Source of the DNA: Nitrospinota bacterium
GTDB lineage: Bacteria > UBA8248
Direction: 5' to 3'
Length of the DNA: 64,000 nt
Assembly: GCA_046581755.1 (NCBI GenBank)
Contig: JAYGFR010000103.1
Coordinates: 40,526 to 104,525 of the forward strand
A program made the translations under genes and the position numbers. The notes under the pieces were generated by a model. That model worked only from the letters and a program-made list of their open reading frames with translations. It had not been told where the DNA came from and made no database searches. Of this stretch, positions 1 to 8,586 are shown in pieces (within the stretch, counting starts at the first letter, position 1; each line of letters opens with the position of its first letter).

Positions 1-758
1 ATGTCGAGCGTATTGCGCAGCGCCGTCTCGAAGGTCCGGATGCCCCGTTCGCAGAGGATCACGTTGGGATTCCCCTGGCTCATGACGTATTCGGCCGACA
101 TGAGATATTCCTCGATCGTGGTGGAAAGGCCGCGCTTGAGGAAAATCGCTTTTTTCAGCTTCCCCACCTTTTTCAGCAGGGAAAAATTTTGCACGTTCCG
201 CGCCCCGATCTGGAGAATGTCGGCATAGTCCGCGACCAGGTCGATATCCTCGGTGTCCATCACCTCGGTCTGGATGGGCAGGCTGGTCCGGTCGCGCGCC
301 TCGGCCAGGAGCTTGAGCCCCTCCTCGGCCATTCCCTGAAAACTGTAGGGAGAGGTCCGGGGCTTGAAGGCGCCACCCCGGAGCACATGCCCGCCGCCGG
401 CCTTGACCGCATCGGCCGAGGCGAAAATCTGCTCCCGGCTCTCGACCGAACAAGGCCCCGCCACGACGACGAGTTGGGGGCCGCCGAACTTGACGCCGTT
501 CACGTCTACCACAGTGCGCTCGGGGCGCCCCTCGTTGCTCGCCAGTTGATAGGGCTTCAAAACGGGCATGACGTTCTCCACGCCCGCCAGCACCCTCAGC
601 GCCTCCTCCATGTTCTTGCCCCGCTCATCGCCCAGGGCGGCGATCACGGTGCGCTCGACCCCGCGCATGACGTGCTCGGTGCAGCCCAGCTCCTTGACCC
701 GTTTGATGGCCCCCTCGATTTCTTTCTCGGTGGCCCTTTCTTTCATTACGACAATCAT
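1..758 (-). CDS. aroF: 3-deoxy-7-phosphoheptulonate (DAHP) synthase, type I-beta with N-terminal regulatory domain; 3' end runs off the window
   Basis: Not in the ORF track because it is open at the edge. Manual translation from ATG 758: [16 protein letters not shown]...[15 protein letters not shown]...[17 protein letters not shown]...[11 protein letters not shown]...LKRG...[20 protein letters not shown] upstream. Confidence 0.93.
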   Translation of the reverse strand, partial: MIVVMKERATEKEIEGAIKRVKELGCTEHVMRGVERTVIAALGDERGKNMEEALRVLAGVENVMPVLKPYQLASNEGRPERTVVDVNGVKFGGPQLVVVAGPCSVESREQIFASADAVKAGGGHVLRGGAFKPRTSPYSFQGMAEEGLKLLAEARDRTSLPIQTEVMDTEDIDLVADYADILQIGARNVQNFSLLKKVGKLKKAIFLKRGLSTTIEEYLMSAEYVMSQGNPNVILCERGIRTFETALRNTLD

Positions 759-1081
759 CGTCTTCTCTCCTTGCGATGAGATTTGAGATCAAAAAAAATC
801 GCCACGGGCCGGGCCCCGTGGCTGATTGAATAATTTGCGTCGCCGGGGCGGATCGGCATGTCCCCCCGCCGCCGCCCGGGGTGGATCAACCGGAGCCGGC
901 GCGCGGGCGGACGGGGGTAAAGCCGAAATAGAATCGCCCCCTCCACCATCCAGCCTGAACCGGCATCTCGCGCATGACCCAAAACCCCTTCAAAAACCGT
1001 CCGAAACGAGGCTGAAACCTACCTCCGCCCGCCCCGCCCGTCAAGCCGGGAAGCGGGCCAGGGACCCGCTCCGGACCCTTA

Positions 1082-2239
1082 TTAAGAGACCCTTCGGAGC
1101 CGCCGCCGATTCTTACCACTGGGGCGGAGCGCCTCTCCGCCGAGGACGACGCATACCGCTTCGAGCATCCGCCCGCCCCGCCGATGGGCACCCTCCGAGT
1201 CGGTGAACCGGAACCTCCCCTCCCTCATCCGCAGCACCGCCACATCCCCCCGCGCGCCGGGCCGGAGGGTTCCGATCTCGCCCTCCATCCCGAGCCAAGC
1301 CGCCGCCGTCTGGGTGCTCAGGCGCACCACCTGGCCGAGCGAAAAGCCCAGCGCCAGGAACTTGCTCATCAGGTTCGGAAAATCATAGACGGGCCCGTCG
1401 ATGCAATGGGTGTGAAGATCCGTGCTCAGGTTGCCGGGCATGAGCCCCTGGGCCATCGCGGCATCGAGCGTATCGAAACTGAAACTCGCCCGCCCGTGGG
1501 CAACGTCGAGGAGGATTCCCCGGTCCCGCGCCTCCCATACCGCCCGGCGGACCCGCCCCCGCCGATCGAGGATGCCCTCGGCCCTTCCGTGAAAGGCGTG
1601 GGTGAGGACATCGCCCGGGCGGAGCTTTTTGAGGATCTTGGGCAGCGAGTCGGGCGTGTCGCCCACATGCACCATGAGAGGCACCCTCAGGGCCCTTGAG
1701 GCATCGAGGGCGGCATCGAGCGGCCTGCCCCCGCTGCGCTCGACCACGTTCCGGCTCAGGCGGACTTTCATGCCGAGGAGAATGTCCCGGTTCCTCCCAT
1801 AACACTCCACCGCGTCCTCCACCCGGAGCGCCCGCATGTCCACGTTCTCCCCCAGCCCGTCGATGAGGAGGCCGCCCGCCGAGATGTTGAGAAACGCGCG
1901 AGTGGTCATCCGCGCCGGATCGAGGAATCCGCTCCTGAAAGTGGAGAACGTCTGGGAGCCCGCGCTGCCGGTGTCCACCGCCGCCGTCACCCCGCGCGCG
2001 AGCATGGACGCCTCGAGGTTCATCCCGTAGTGGCTCACCCCCTCGAAGAAATGACAGTGCAAATCGACGAGACCGGGCGTGACGATCCGCCCCCGCGCGT
2101 TCAGCGTGGGCCTTCCGCGCGGCTCGATGCGGGGCGCGATGCGGCGGACGCAGCCCGCGCGAATCTCCACGTCCATCGTCCCCTCGAGGTCCTGGGAGGG
2201 ATCGACCACATAGCCGCCTCGAATGATCAGATCGGACAC
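1082..2239 (-). CDS. Amidohydrolase/deacetylase family metallohydrolase (dihydroorotase-like)
   Basis: DLIIRGGYVVDP start, PGLVDLHCH (HxH), GMKVRL (Lys), MVHVG, LTHAFH and LSTDLH metal motifs. GTG 2239 start chosen; an upstream start is possible. Confidence 0.85.
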   Translation of the reverse strand: MSDLIIRGGYVVDPSQDLEGTMDVEIRAGCVRRIAPRIEPRGRPTLNARGRIVTPGLVDLHCHFFEGVSHYGMNLEASMLARGVTAAVDTGSAGSQTFSTFRSGFLDPARMTTRAFLNISAGGLLIDGLGENVDMRALRVEDAVECYGRNRDILLGMKVRLSRNVVERSGGRPLDAALDASRALRVPLMVHVGDTPDSLPKILKKLRPGDVLTHAFHGRAEGILDRRGRVRRAVWEARDRGILLDVAHGRASFSFDTLDAAMAQGLMPGNLSTDLHTHCIDGPVYDFPNLMSKFLALGFSLGQVVRLSTQTAAAWLGMEGEIGTLRPGARGDVAVLRMREGRFRFTDSEGAHRRGGRMLEAVCVVLGGEALRPSGKNRRRLRRVS

Positions 2240-2426
2240 GGCACACTCCCCCGGTTCGAATTTCCGGCTCTGGAAATCGCCACTTTGAAACCCGCCGTTT
2301 TTGTAGATCCCCACAAAGCCTACTTCGCCTCCCGGCGCCGGGCAAACCCGTCCGCCCGCATTGACAGTGCGAAGCTCCCCGGAGGAACATGGCTCCCAAT
2401 CCATTTCCTTTTCGACGGAGCGAGAA

Positions 2427-3599
2427 ATGACGCCGCAGACCGAAACCCCCCTGCCCTTCGACCTCACCGAGCCCCAGCAAATGCTCCGCAAGATGGTGCG
2501 CGAACTGACCGAGCGCCACATCGCTCCCCGGGCCGCCGAGATCGACGAGCGGGACGAATACCCCGAGGACATCTACCAGCTCCTCAAGGATCACGGGCTC
2601 CTTGGCATATTCTTTCCCGAGGAATACGGCGGCGGGGGCATGGGGTTTTTCGGCGGCTGCATCGCCGTCGAGGAGATCGCCCGCTTCTGCTCGAACAGCC
2701 TCATCCCCATCGTCCTCAACATGCTCGCGAGCCGCGTCATCGACCTGAGCGGAACCGAGGAGCAGAAAAAACACTACATGACCGGTCTCGCCAAGGGCGA
2801 GCTCCGGGGCTCCTACGCCCTCACCGAGCCCCATGCCGGCTCCGACGCCGGGAACATCCGCACCCGCGCTGACCTCGAGGGGGAGGAATGGGTGATCAAC
2901 GGGCAAAAGGCCTTCTGCACCGGCCCCGACAAGGCGGACTTCATCACCGTGGCCGCCAAGACGGACCCCTCGGCGGGAACGCGGGGGATCACCTACTTCA
3001 TCGTGCCCACCGACACCCCCGGCTTCAGCGTCGGCCGCCACGAGCGGAAGATGGGCATGCGGGGCGTTTCCACCTGCGAGCTGATTTTCGAGAACGTGGC
3101 CATCCCCAAGGAGAACCAGGTCGGCGAGGTGAACCGGGGCTTCAAGACCGCCATGATCGGTTTTAACCAGATGCGCCCGGTCATCGGCGCGCGCGCGGTG
3201 GGCCTGGCCCAGGGCTGCCTCGACTACTCCCTCGGCTACGCCAAGGAGCGCGAGGCCTTCGGGGTACCCATCGCCCAGCACCAGGCCGTCCAGTTCATGC
3301 TCGCCGACATGTTCCTCGACATCGAGGCCGCGCGGCTGCTCGTCTACCGGGCGGCGGCGCTGGTGGACGCGGGGAAGATCGGAAAAGAGAACGCCCGCTA
3401 CTTCTCGGCCGCCAAGACCTTCGCCGCCGACATGGCCATGAAGGTGGCCATCGACAGCATCCAGGTCCTCGGCGGGGCGGGCTACATGAAAGACCACCCG
3501 CTCGAGCGCTTCATGCGCGACGCCAAACAGATTCAAATCGTCGAGGGCACCAGCCAGATTCAGCGCATCATCATCGCCCGCAACCTGCTGGACTTGTGA
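2427..3599 (+). CDS. Acyl-CoA dehydrogenase
   Basis: YALTEPHAGSD, INGQKAF, KMGMRG, QVLGGAGY, ERFMRDAKQIQIVEGTSQIQR. Confidence 0.93.
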   Translation: MTPQTETPLPFDLTEPQQMLRKMVRELTERHIAPRAAEIDERDEYPEDIYQLLKDHGLLGIFFPEEYGGGGMGFFGGCIAVEEIARFCSNSLIPIVLNMLASRVIDLSGTEEQKKHYMTGLAKGELRGSYALTEPHAGSDAGNIRTRADLEGEEWVINGQKAFCTGPDKADFITVAAKTDPSAGTRGITYFIVPTDTPGFSVGRHERKMGMRGVSTCELIFENVAIPKENQVGEVNRGFKTAMIGFNQMRPVIGARAVGLAQGCLDYSLGYAKEREAFGVPIAQHQAVQFMLADMFLDIEAARLLVYRAAALVDAGKIGKENARYFSAAKTFAADMAMKVAIDSIQVLGGAGYMKDHPLERFMRDAKQIQIVEGTSQIQRIIIARNLLDL

Positions 3600-3765
3600 C
3601 CGGTACGGCGTTTTCTCTCTCCGCCTCGTTGCCCCGGGTTTCCCCTCCGTGCTAGATTCCCACTCGGATATCGTTCGGCGGGCGGGCCCTCTCCGGCCCC
3701 TTTCCGATCCGCCGCCGCTGGCCGGCGGCTTTGCTTTCAACGAATCTATACTCGGGGGAATCGGG

Positions 3766-4158
3766 GTGCCCAAAGAGCAAATCGTCCCGGAAACGGTAAA
3801 ACCCGTCGCGGCCTATTCCACCGGATTCAAGGTCTCGGGCGGGAGCCTCATCATGCTCGCGGGCATGGTCTCGGCCGACACCGAGGGCAACACGGTCGGC
3901 GAGGGCGACATCGGCGCCCAGACCCAGAAGGTGTTCGACAATATCCGGGAAACGCTCGAGGCCGCCGGCGCGGGCTTGAAGGACATCATCCGCCTCACGG
4001 TCTACCTGACCGACCGGGCGGACTTTCCGGGCCACATGAAAGTGCGCTCGGGGCTCCTCACCGAGCCCTACCCGGCGAGCACCCTGCTGATCATCAGCGG
4101 CCTCGCCAGGCCCGAGTGGCTTGTCGAGATCGATACCGTCGCCTTCATCGAGGATTAA
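3766..4158 (+). CDS. RidA/YjgF/UK114 family protein
   Basis: AAYSTG, GDIGAQTQKVFDNI, IIRLTVYLTD, PASTLLIISGLARPEWLVEID. Confidence 0.88.
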   Translation: MPKEQIVPETVKPVAAYSTGFKVSGGSLIMLAGMVSADTEGNTVGEGDIGAQTQKVFDNIRETLEAAGAGLKDIIRLTVYLTDRADFPGHMKVRSGLLTEPYPASTLLIISGLARPEWLVEIDTVAFIED

Positions 4159-4167
4159 CCGCAGGCC

Positions 4168-5034
4168 ATGAACGCTCAGAGCCAGGACCGCTCCCCGCGC
4201 GAGGCCCTCGTCATCGTCAAGGGCGCAGGCGATCTCGCCACCGGCATCATTCACCGCCTGTGGCGGAGCGGGTTTCCGGTCATCGCCACCGAGATTGAAA
4301 ACCCCACCATGGTGCGGCGGACGGTCTCTTTCGCCGAGTGTCTCTACGCGGGGCGCCACACCGTCGAAGGCGTGGCGACCGAGCGCGCTGAGGGCGCCAC
4401 GGTGGCCGAGAAACTCGCGTCCGCCAGAAAACTCCTCGATACGGGAACCCTGCCCGTCGTCATCGACCCGGGCGCGGAGATCGTCCCCCTCGCGCGGCCG
4501 GCCGCCCTGGTGGACGCCATCATCGCCAAGCGGAACCTGGGGACCCGGATCGATCAGGCCGAGGCGGTGATCGGAATTGGGCCCGGCTTTACCGCCGGGG
4601 TGGACGCGCACGCCGTCATCGAGACCGCCCGCGGGCACGATATCGGCCGGGTCATCCTCGATGGAGGGGCCGAGCCCAACACGGGCGTTCCGGGCCCGAT
4701 CGGGGGCTACACGGTGGAGCGGCTTTTGCGCGCTCCGGCGGCGGGCGCCTTCGAGCCGCGCACGGCCATCGGCGATGCGGTCCGGGCGGGCGATGTCGTT
4801 GCGGTGGTGGGCGGCGCCGAGGTGAAGGCCGGGATCGACGGGGTTCTCAGGGGGCTTCTCCGCGAGGGAATCGAGGTCACCGAAGGTTTTAAGGTGGGCG
4901 ACGTGGACCCGCGCGCGAAGACCTCGCACTGCCATACGATATCGGATAAATCGCGCGCCATCGGGGGCGGAGCTCTCGAGGCCATCATGATGTTTCTTTT
5001 TGGGGTGGAAACCGCCGCGGAGCAAACGCATTGA
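4168..5034 (+). CDS. yqeB: Selenium-dependent molybdenum hydroxylase system protein, YqeB family
   Basis: IVKGAGDLATG, PTMVRRTVSF, VDAIIAKRNLGT, IGIGPGFTAGVD, ETARGHDIGRVI, PNTGVPG, GVLRGLL, KVGDVDPR, TISDKSRAIGGGALEA. Confidence 0.92.
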   Translation: MNAQSQDRSPREALVIVKGAGDLATGIIHRLWRSGFPVIATEIENPTMVRRTVSFAECLYAGRHTVEGVATERAEGATVAEKLASARKLLDTGTLPVVIDPGAEIVPLARPAALVDAIIAKRNLGTRIDQAEAVIGIGPGFTAGVDAHAVIETARGHDIGRVILDGGAEPNTGVPGPIGGYTVERLLRAPAAGAFEPRTAIGDAVRAGDVVAVVGGAEVKAGIDGVLRGLLREGIEVTEGFKVGDVDPRAKTSHCHTISDKSRAIGGGALEAIMMFLFGVETAAEQTH

Positions 5035-5918
5035 GCATCGAGACCTTTACCGAAGTCGTCGAAAACGGGACCTACCGGATCGGGCGGAGCGTCATTTCGA
5101 TCAACCATGAGAACGAGGACAATCCGTTCGTCCCCGGCCCGCAGTTCTACATTTCCGCCGGGAACTCGCTTGAGCGGATATCCTGGGCGGTCAGCCAGAG
5201 TCTGCCCGTCCTCCTGGTGGGCGAAACCGGGGTGGGCAAAACGCTCTCGATCCGCCATCTGGCCCACATGACCCGGAACGGCTTCCGCCGCGTCAACCTG
5301 AACGGGATGACCACGGTGGACGAGTTCGTCGGCAAGCTCATGATCAACGAAAAGGGCACCTACTGGATCAACGGCATCCTGATCGAGGCGATGGAGGCCG
5401 GCGACTGGCTTCTCATCGACGAGATCAACGCCTGCCTGCCCGAGATCGCCTTTTGTCTCCACAGCCTGCTCGACGACGACCGGATGATCGTCCTCTCGGA
5501 GTACGACGGGCGGATCGTGCGCCCCCACCCGGATTTCCGCCTCTTCGCCAGCATGAACCCGAACGAAAACCGCCGCTACGGCGGAACGAAACCGCTCAAC
5601 GAGGCTCTGCTCGACCGCTTTCCGCTCACCCTGAAGATGGACTACCTCCCCTTCGACGCGGAGGTCGAGGTGACCATGCACCAGAGCGGAAACGAAGACC
5701 GGGCGCTTGTCGAGCGGATGGTCCGGGTGGCGCAGGATGTCCGCGAGGCCATGGAAAACGAGAAAATATTCTCCACCTTCAGCACCCGGAGGCTCATCGA
5801 CTGGGCGCGCATGGCCGCGCAGTTCGATCCGATGGAAGCCGCCACCTCGACCATCTTCAGCAAGGTCAATCCGTTCGATGCGAAGGTGATCGAGGACATC
5901 CTCGACAACCACTTTTAG
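5031..5918 (+). CDS. MoxR-family AAA+ ATPase, CbbQ/NirQ/NorQ/GpvN type
   Basis: Walker A GETGVGKT, Walker B LLIDEIN, HPDFRLFASMNP, YGGTKPLNEALLDRF, C-terminal FSTRRLIDWA. TTG start overlaps the yqeB stop. Confidence 0.9.
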   Translation: MSIETFTEVVENGTYRIGRSVISINHENEDNPFVPGPQFYISAGNSLERISWAVSQSLPVLLVGETGVGKTLSIRHLAHMTRNGFRRVNLNGMTTVDEFVGKLMINEKGTYWINGILIEAMEAGDWLLIDEINACLPEIAFCLHSLLDDDRMIVLSEYDGRIVRPHPDFRLFASMNPNENRRYGGTKPLNEALLDRFPLTLKMDYLPFDAEVEVTMHQSGNEDRALVERMVRVAQDVREAMENEKIFSTFSTRRLIDWARMAAQFDPMEAATSTIFSKVNPFDAKVIEDILDNHF

Positions 5919-5930
5919 GCAGGCCACGGC

Positions 5931-7703
5931 ATGGAACCCCGCCGAAACCGCCTCGAAATCCTGGCCCAGGTCGCCGCGCACGACTACGAACTCGATCTGC
6001 GCTACGGCGACACCGGCCGCCAGGAAAAGAAAACCATCCATATCGAAGACCCGGAGCGCACCCTCGATCGGCTCAGGGGCGAGCTGAGCGATGCGCACGT
6101 CATCCGCTACCAGAAGGGAATGACCCTCATCGAGGTGGCCCACCGCCTGGAGGGGACGCTTCGCTGGGCCCTCCGGGCCGCCCGGGCCAGCCGCGAGCGT
6201 CCGGGCCTGTTTCAAATCTGGCACGCCGTCGAGGATGCACGCTGCGAGAACCGCCTGGCGGCCACGCTTCCGGGGACGCGCAAGAATTTCATCGAGTTCA
6301 TCCGCCCGGCCCTGAAGGAGGCGGAAATTCTCCACGCCCGGGGCGAGCTCTCGCTTTTCTTCCAGGTCCAGTGGGGGCTCTACCTGATCGGGCAGGGAAT
6401 CGAGCCGGGGACGCGCGCGCCGGAGCCCAGCCATTTCGACACCCTCTGGCTGGAGCCCGGTGTCCTCGAATTCTTGGACGAGCTGAGACCCCTCGCCGTG
6501 CGGGCCGGCCAGGCCGATGGCCCGGCCGAGGCGTTCGAGTGCGCCGAGGCGCTCTACGCCGCCATCCGCGAGCGCCTGCCCGAGGAGCTTCTCTCCGAGG
6601 CCCTGCAGGATCTCCCTATCCCCGATATCCCCGAGGAGGTGCTTGAGAGGGCGGAGAATCAAGAAACCGCCGGCGCGGAGGGAGAGATGGAGGAAACCTT
6701 CGCCGCCGACCTGTCGGACACGGACGCCGAAATCGACGAAGAGGCCTTCGAGCTCACCGAGGAGGAGCTTTCCGCGCTCGGCCACTGGGCCAGCCCCTGG
6801 TTCGAGTTCAAGGGCCACTCGAAGGATATCCATCCCTCGGCGGTCCGCTCGGACGAGGGCACGATATTCATCCCGCCCGAGGGGAAATCCGAGGAATACC
6901 AGGCGATCGTCAATAACGCGAGCAGCCAGATCAAGGTGCTCGCCCTGAAACTGATGCAAATCATCCAGGAGCGGCGCTACACCCGCTACAGCGGCTCGTT
7001 CCGCTCCGGAAAACTCAACACCCCCAAGCTGTGGAAGCAGCGCCTCGGGAAATACCACCTCTTCCTCCGCCGCGAGAACCCCGAGCGCCTCGACATCTGC
7101 TTTACCCTGCTGGTGGACGAGAGCGGCAGCATGAACCGCGAGTCGAAATACCTGGCCGCGCGCGAGGCCACCGTCTTCTTCGCCGAGGTGCTCGACCGGG
7201 TGGAGGTCCCCTTCGAGGTCATCGGCTACTCGACCGAAAGCTCCGAGGCGGCGATGGCCGCTTCGCTGGGCCACGTGCCGGCCTTCAAATACCGCCACAT
7301 CCGCCACTCCCCGCTCCAGCACAGAATTTACAAGGGCTTCGACGAGCCGTTTCAAGGCGCCAAGAACCGGCTCGTGAACATCCACCCCCGGTTCAACAAC
7401 TGGGACGAGGAGCACCTTCAGTTCGCATACCGGCGGCTCCTCGGGAGGAGCGAAGCCGAGAAGGTCATCATCATCACCTCGGACGGCCAGCCCAACGGCG
7501 ATGCGAGCCATCTGGTCGAAACGGTCCACCGCCTTGAAAAACTCGGCGTCCGCATCATCGGCGTCGGCGTGGTCGATCCCTTCGTCGAGCAGATTTACCC
7601 CAACTTCATCGTCGTCAAGCATCTCGATCAGCTTGCCGAGGAGCTGGTGGAGATTCTCCGCAGCGAGCTTCTCCGGAGCGGAAGGGGTGGCCGGGCCTCG
7701 TGA
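5931..7703 (+). CDS. VWA-domain protein (CobT/NorD/CbbO-like), partner of the AAA+ ATPase
   Basis: N-terminal EVAH...AVEDARCENRL, acidic linker, RSGKLN, MIDAS LLVDESGSM, FEVIGYST, IITSDGQPN. Confidence 0.88.
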   Translation: MEPRRNRLEILAQVAAHDYELDLRYGDTGRQEKKTIHIEDPERTLDRLRGELSDAHVIRYQKGMTLIEVAHRLEGTLRWALRAARASRERPGLFQIWHAVEDARCENRLAATLPGTRKNFIEFIRPALKEAEILHARGELSLFFQVQWGLYLIGQGIEPGTRAPEPSHFDTLWLEPGVLEFLDELRPLAVRAGQADGPAEAFECAEALYAAIRERLPEELLSEALQDLPIPDIPEEVLERAENQETAGAEGEMEETFAADLSDTDAEIDEEAFELTEEELSALGHWASPWFEFKGHSKDIHPSAVRSDEGTIFIPPEGKSEEYQAIVNNASSQIKVLALKLMQIIQERRYTRYSGSFRSGKLNTPKLWKQRLGKYHLFLRRENPERLDICFTLLVDESGSMNRESKYLAAREATVFFAEVLDRVEVPFEVIGYSTESSEAAMAASLGHVPAFKYRHIRHSPLQHRIYKGFDEPFQGAKNRLVNIHPRFNNWDEEHLQFAYRRLLGRSEAEKVIIITSDGQPNGDASHLVETVHRLEKLGVRIIGVGVVDPFVEQIYPNFIVVKHLDQLAEELVEILRSELLRSGRGGRAS

Positions 7704-8518
7704 GCGCCGGCGCGCTGTCCGGGGCCATCGGGCTCGGGCCCGGCCAGATTCTCGCGGCCGCCGGGGGCGGGGGTAAGACCAGCCTGCTCCGGGCGCTTGG
7801 AGAGGAATGCCACGCCGCCGGGATGCGCCCGGCCATCCTCACCCCCACCACCCACTTTTTCTCCCCCGAGCCGGCCGGGGAGGCCCCCCTTTTCCTGGGA
7901 GAGGTGGAAGCGGTGGACGCCCGCCTCCGCGAATACGGCGGGGAGTGGCCGGGCCCCCTCACGCTGGCCCGGCGGCGGACGGGGGAATCCCCCGTACCGG
8001 GGACGCCGGGCGAGAGGCGGATGAAGATGGGGGGGTATCGCGCCGATGAGATCGAACGCCTCCGCCGGCCGGGCGGTGTCGTCCTCGTGGAGGCGGACGG
8101 CGCGCGCGGGCTTCCGATCAAGGCGCCCGGACCGGACGAGCCGGTGATTCCGCCCGGGGCGGACATCGTCCTCGGGGTGGTGGGTCTGGATGCGCTCGGG
8201 GGGCCGATTGACGAAGCCCATGCCTTCCGCCCGGAAATCCTCTCTTCCCTGACCGGCCTCCCGCTCGGCGCTCCGGTGGATGCCGCGGCCATCGGCTGCC
8301 TCGCCGCCCACCCCGAGGGGCTGTTCCGGGGCGCCCCGAAATCCGCCCGGCGGGTCCTGATATGCAACAAATCCGACCGGATCGGGCGGATGGAAAAACC
8401 GGAGCAAATCGGTTATATTATTGCGGAAATTGCATGTGCCCCGAACGGGCCGGCGGATCTGCTTCTTTTTACAGCATGCCTTCCGTCCGGCCTCCGGGTG
8501 GGGCGGCCGGTTCCATAA
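7700..8518 (+). CDS. yqeC: Selenium cofactor biosynthesis protein, YqeC family
   Basis: AAGGGGKTSLL, ILTPTTH, VLVEADGARGLPIKAPGPDEPVIP, VVGLDALG, HPEGLFRG, ICNKSD. GTG start overlaps the VWA stop. Confidence 0.9.
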   Translation: MSAGALSGAIGLGPGQILAAAGGGGKTSLLRALGEECHAAGMRPAILTPTTHFFSPEPAGEAPLFLGEVEAVDARLREYGGEWPGPLTLARRRTGESPVPGTPGERRMKMGGYRADEIERLRRPGGVVLVEADGARGLPIKAPGPDEPVIPPGADIVLGVVGLDALGGPIDEAHAFRPEILSSLTGLPLGAPVDAAAIGCLAAHPEGLFRGAPKSARRVLICNKSDRIGRMEKPEQIGYIIAEIACAPNGPADLLLFTACLPSGLRVGRPVP

Positions 8519-8586
8519 ACGGTGAAAAATCGACGGACCGATAAATGCGCCGCCGAACGCGGGGGCGAGAAAAGGACCAATCGGAA

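Noticed and set aside
2361..2390. TTGACA upstream of the acyl-CoA dehydrogenase (also at 12763)
   Set aside because: Perfect -35 but no convincing -10 at 16-18 bp.
4707..7622. 971-aa minus-strand ORF and similar long ORFs (1383-3773, 40506-43064, 44321-47320, 28598-30355, 32571-34553)
   Set aside because: Antisense shadows of well-supported genes in high-GC DNA; no recognisable motifs.
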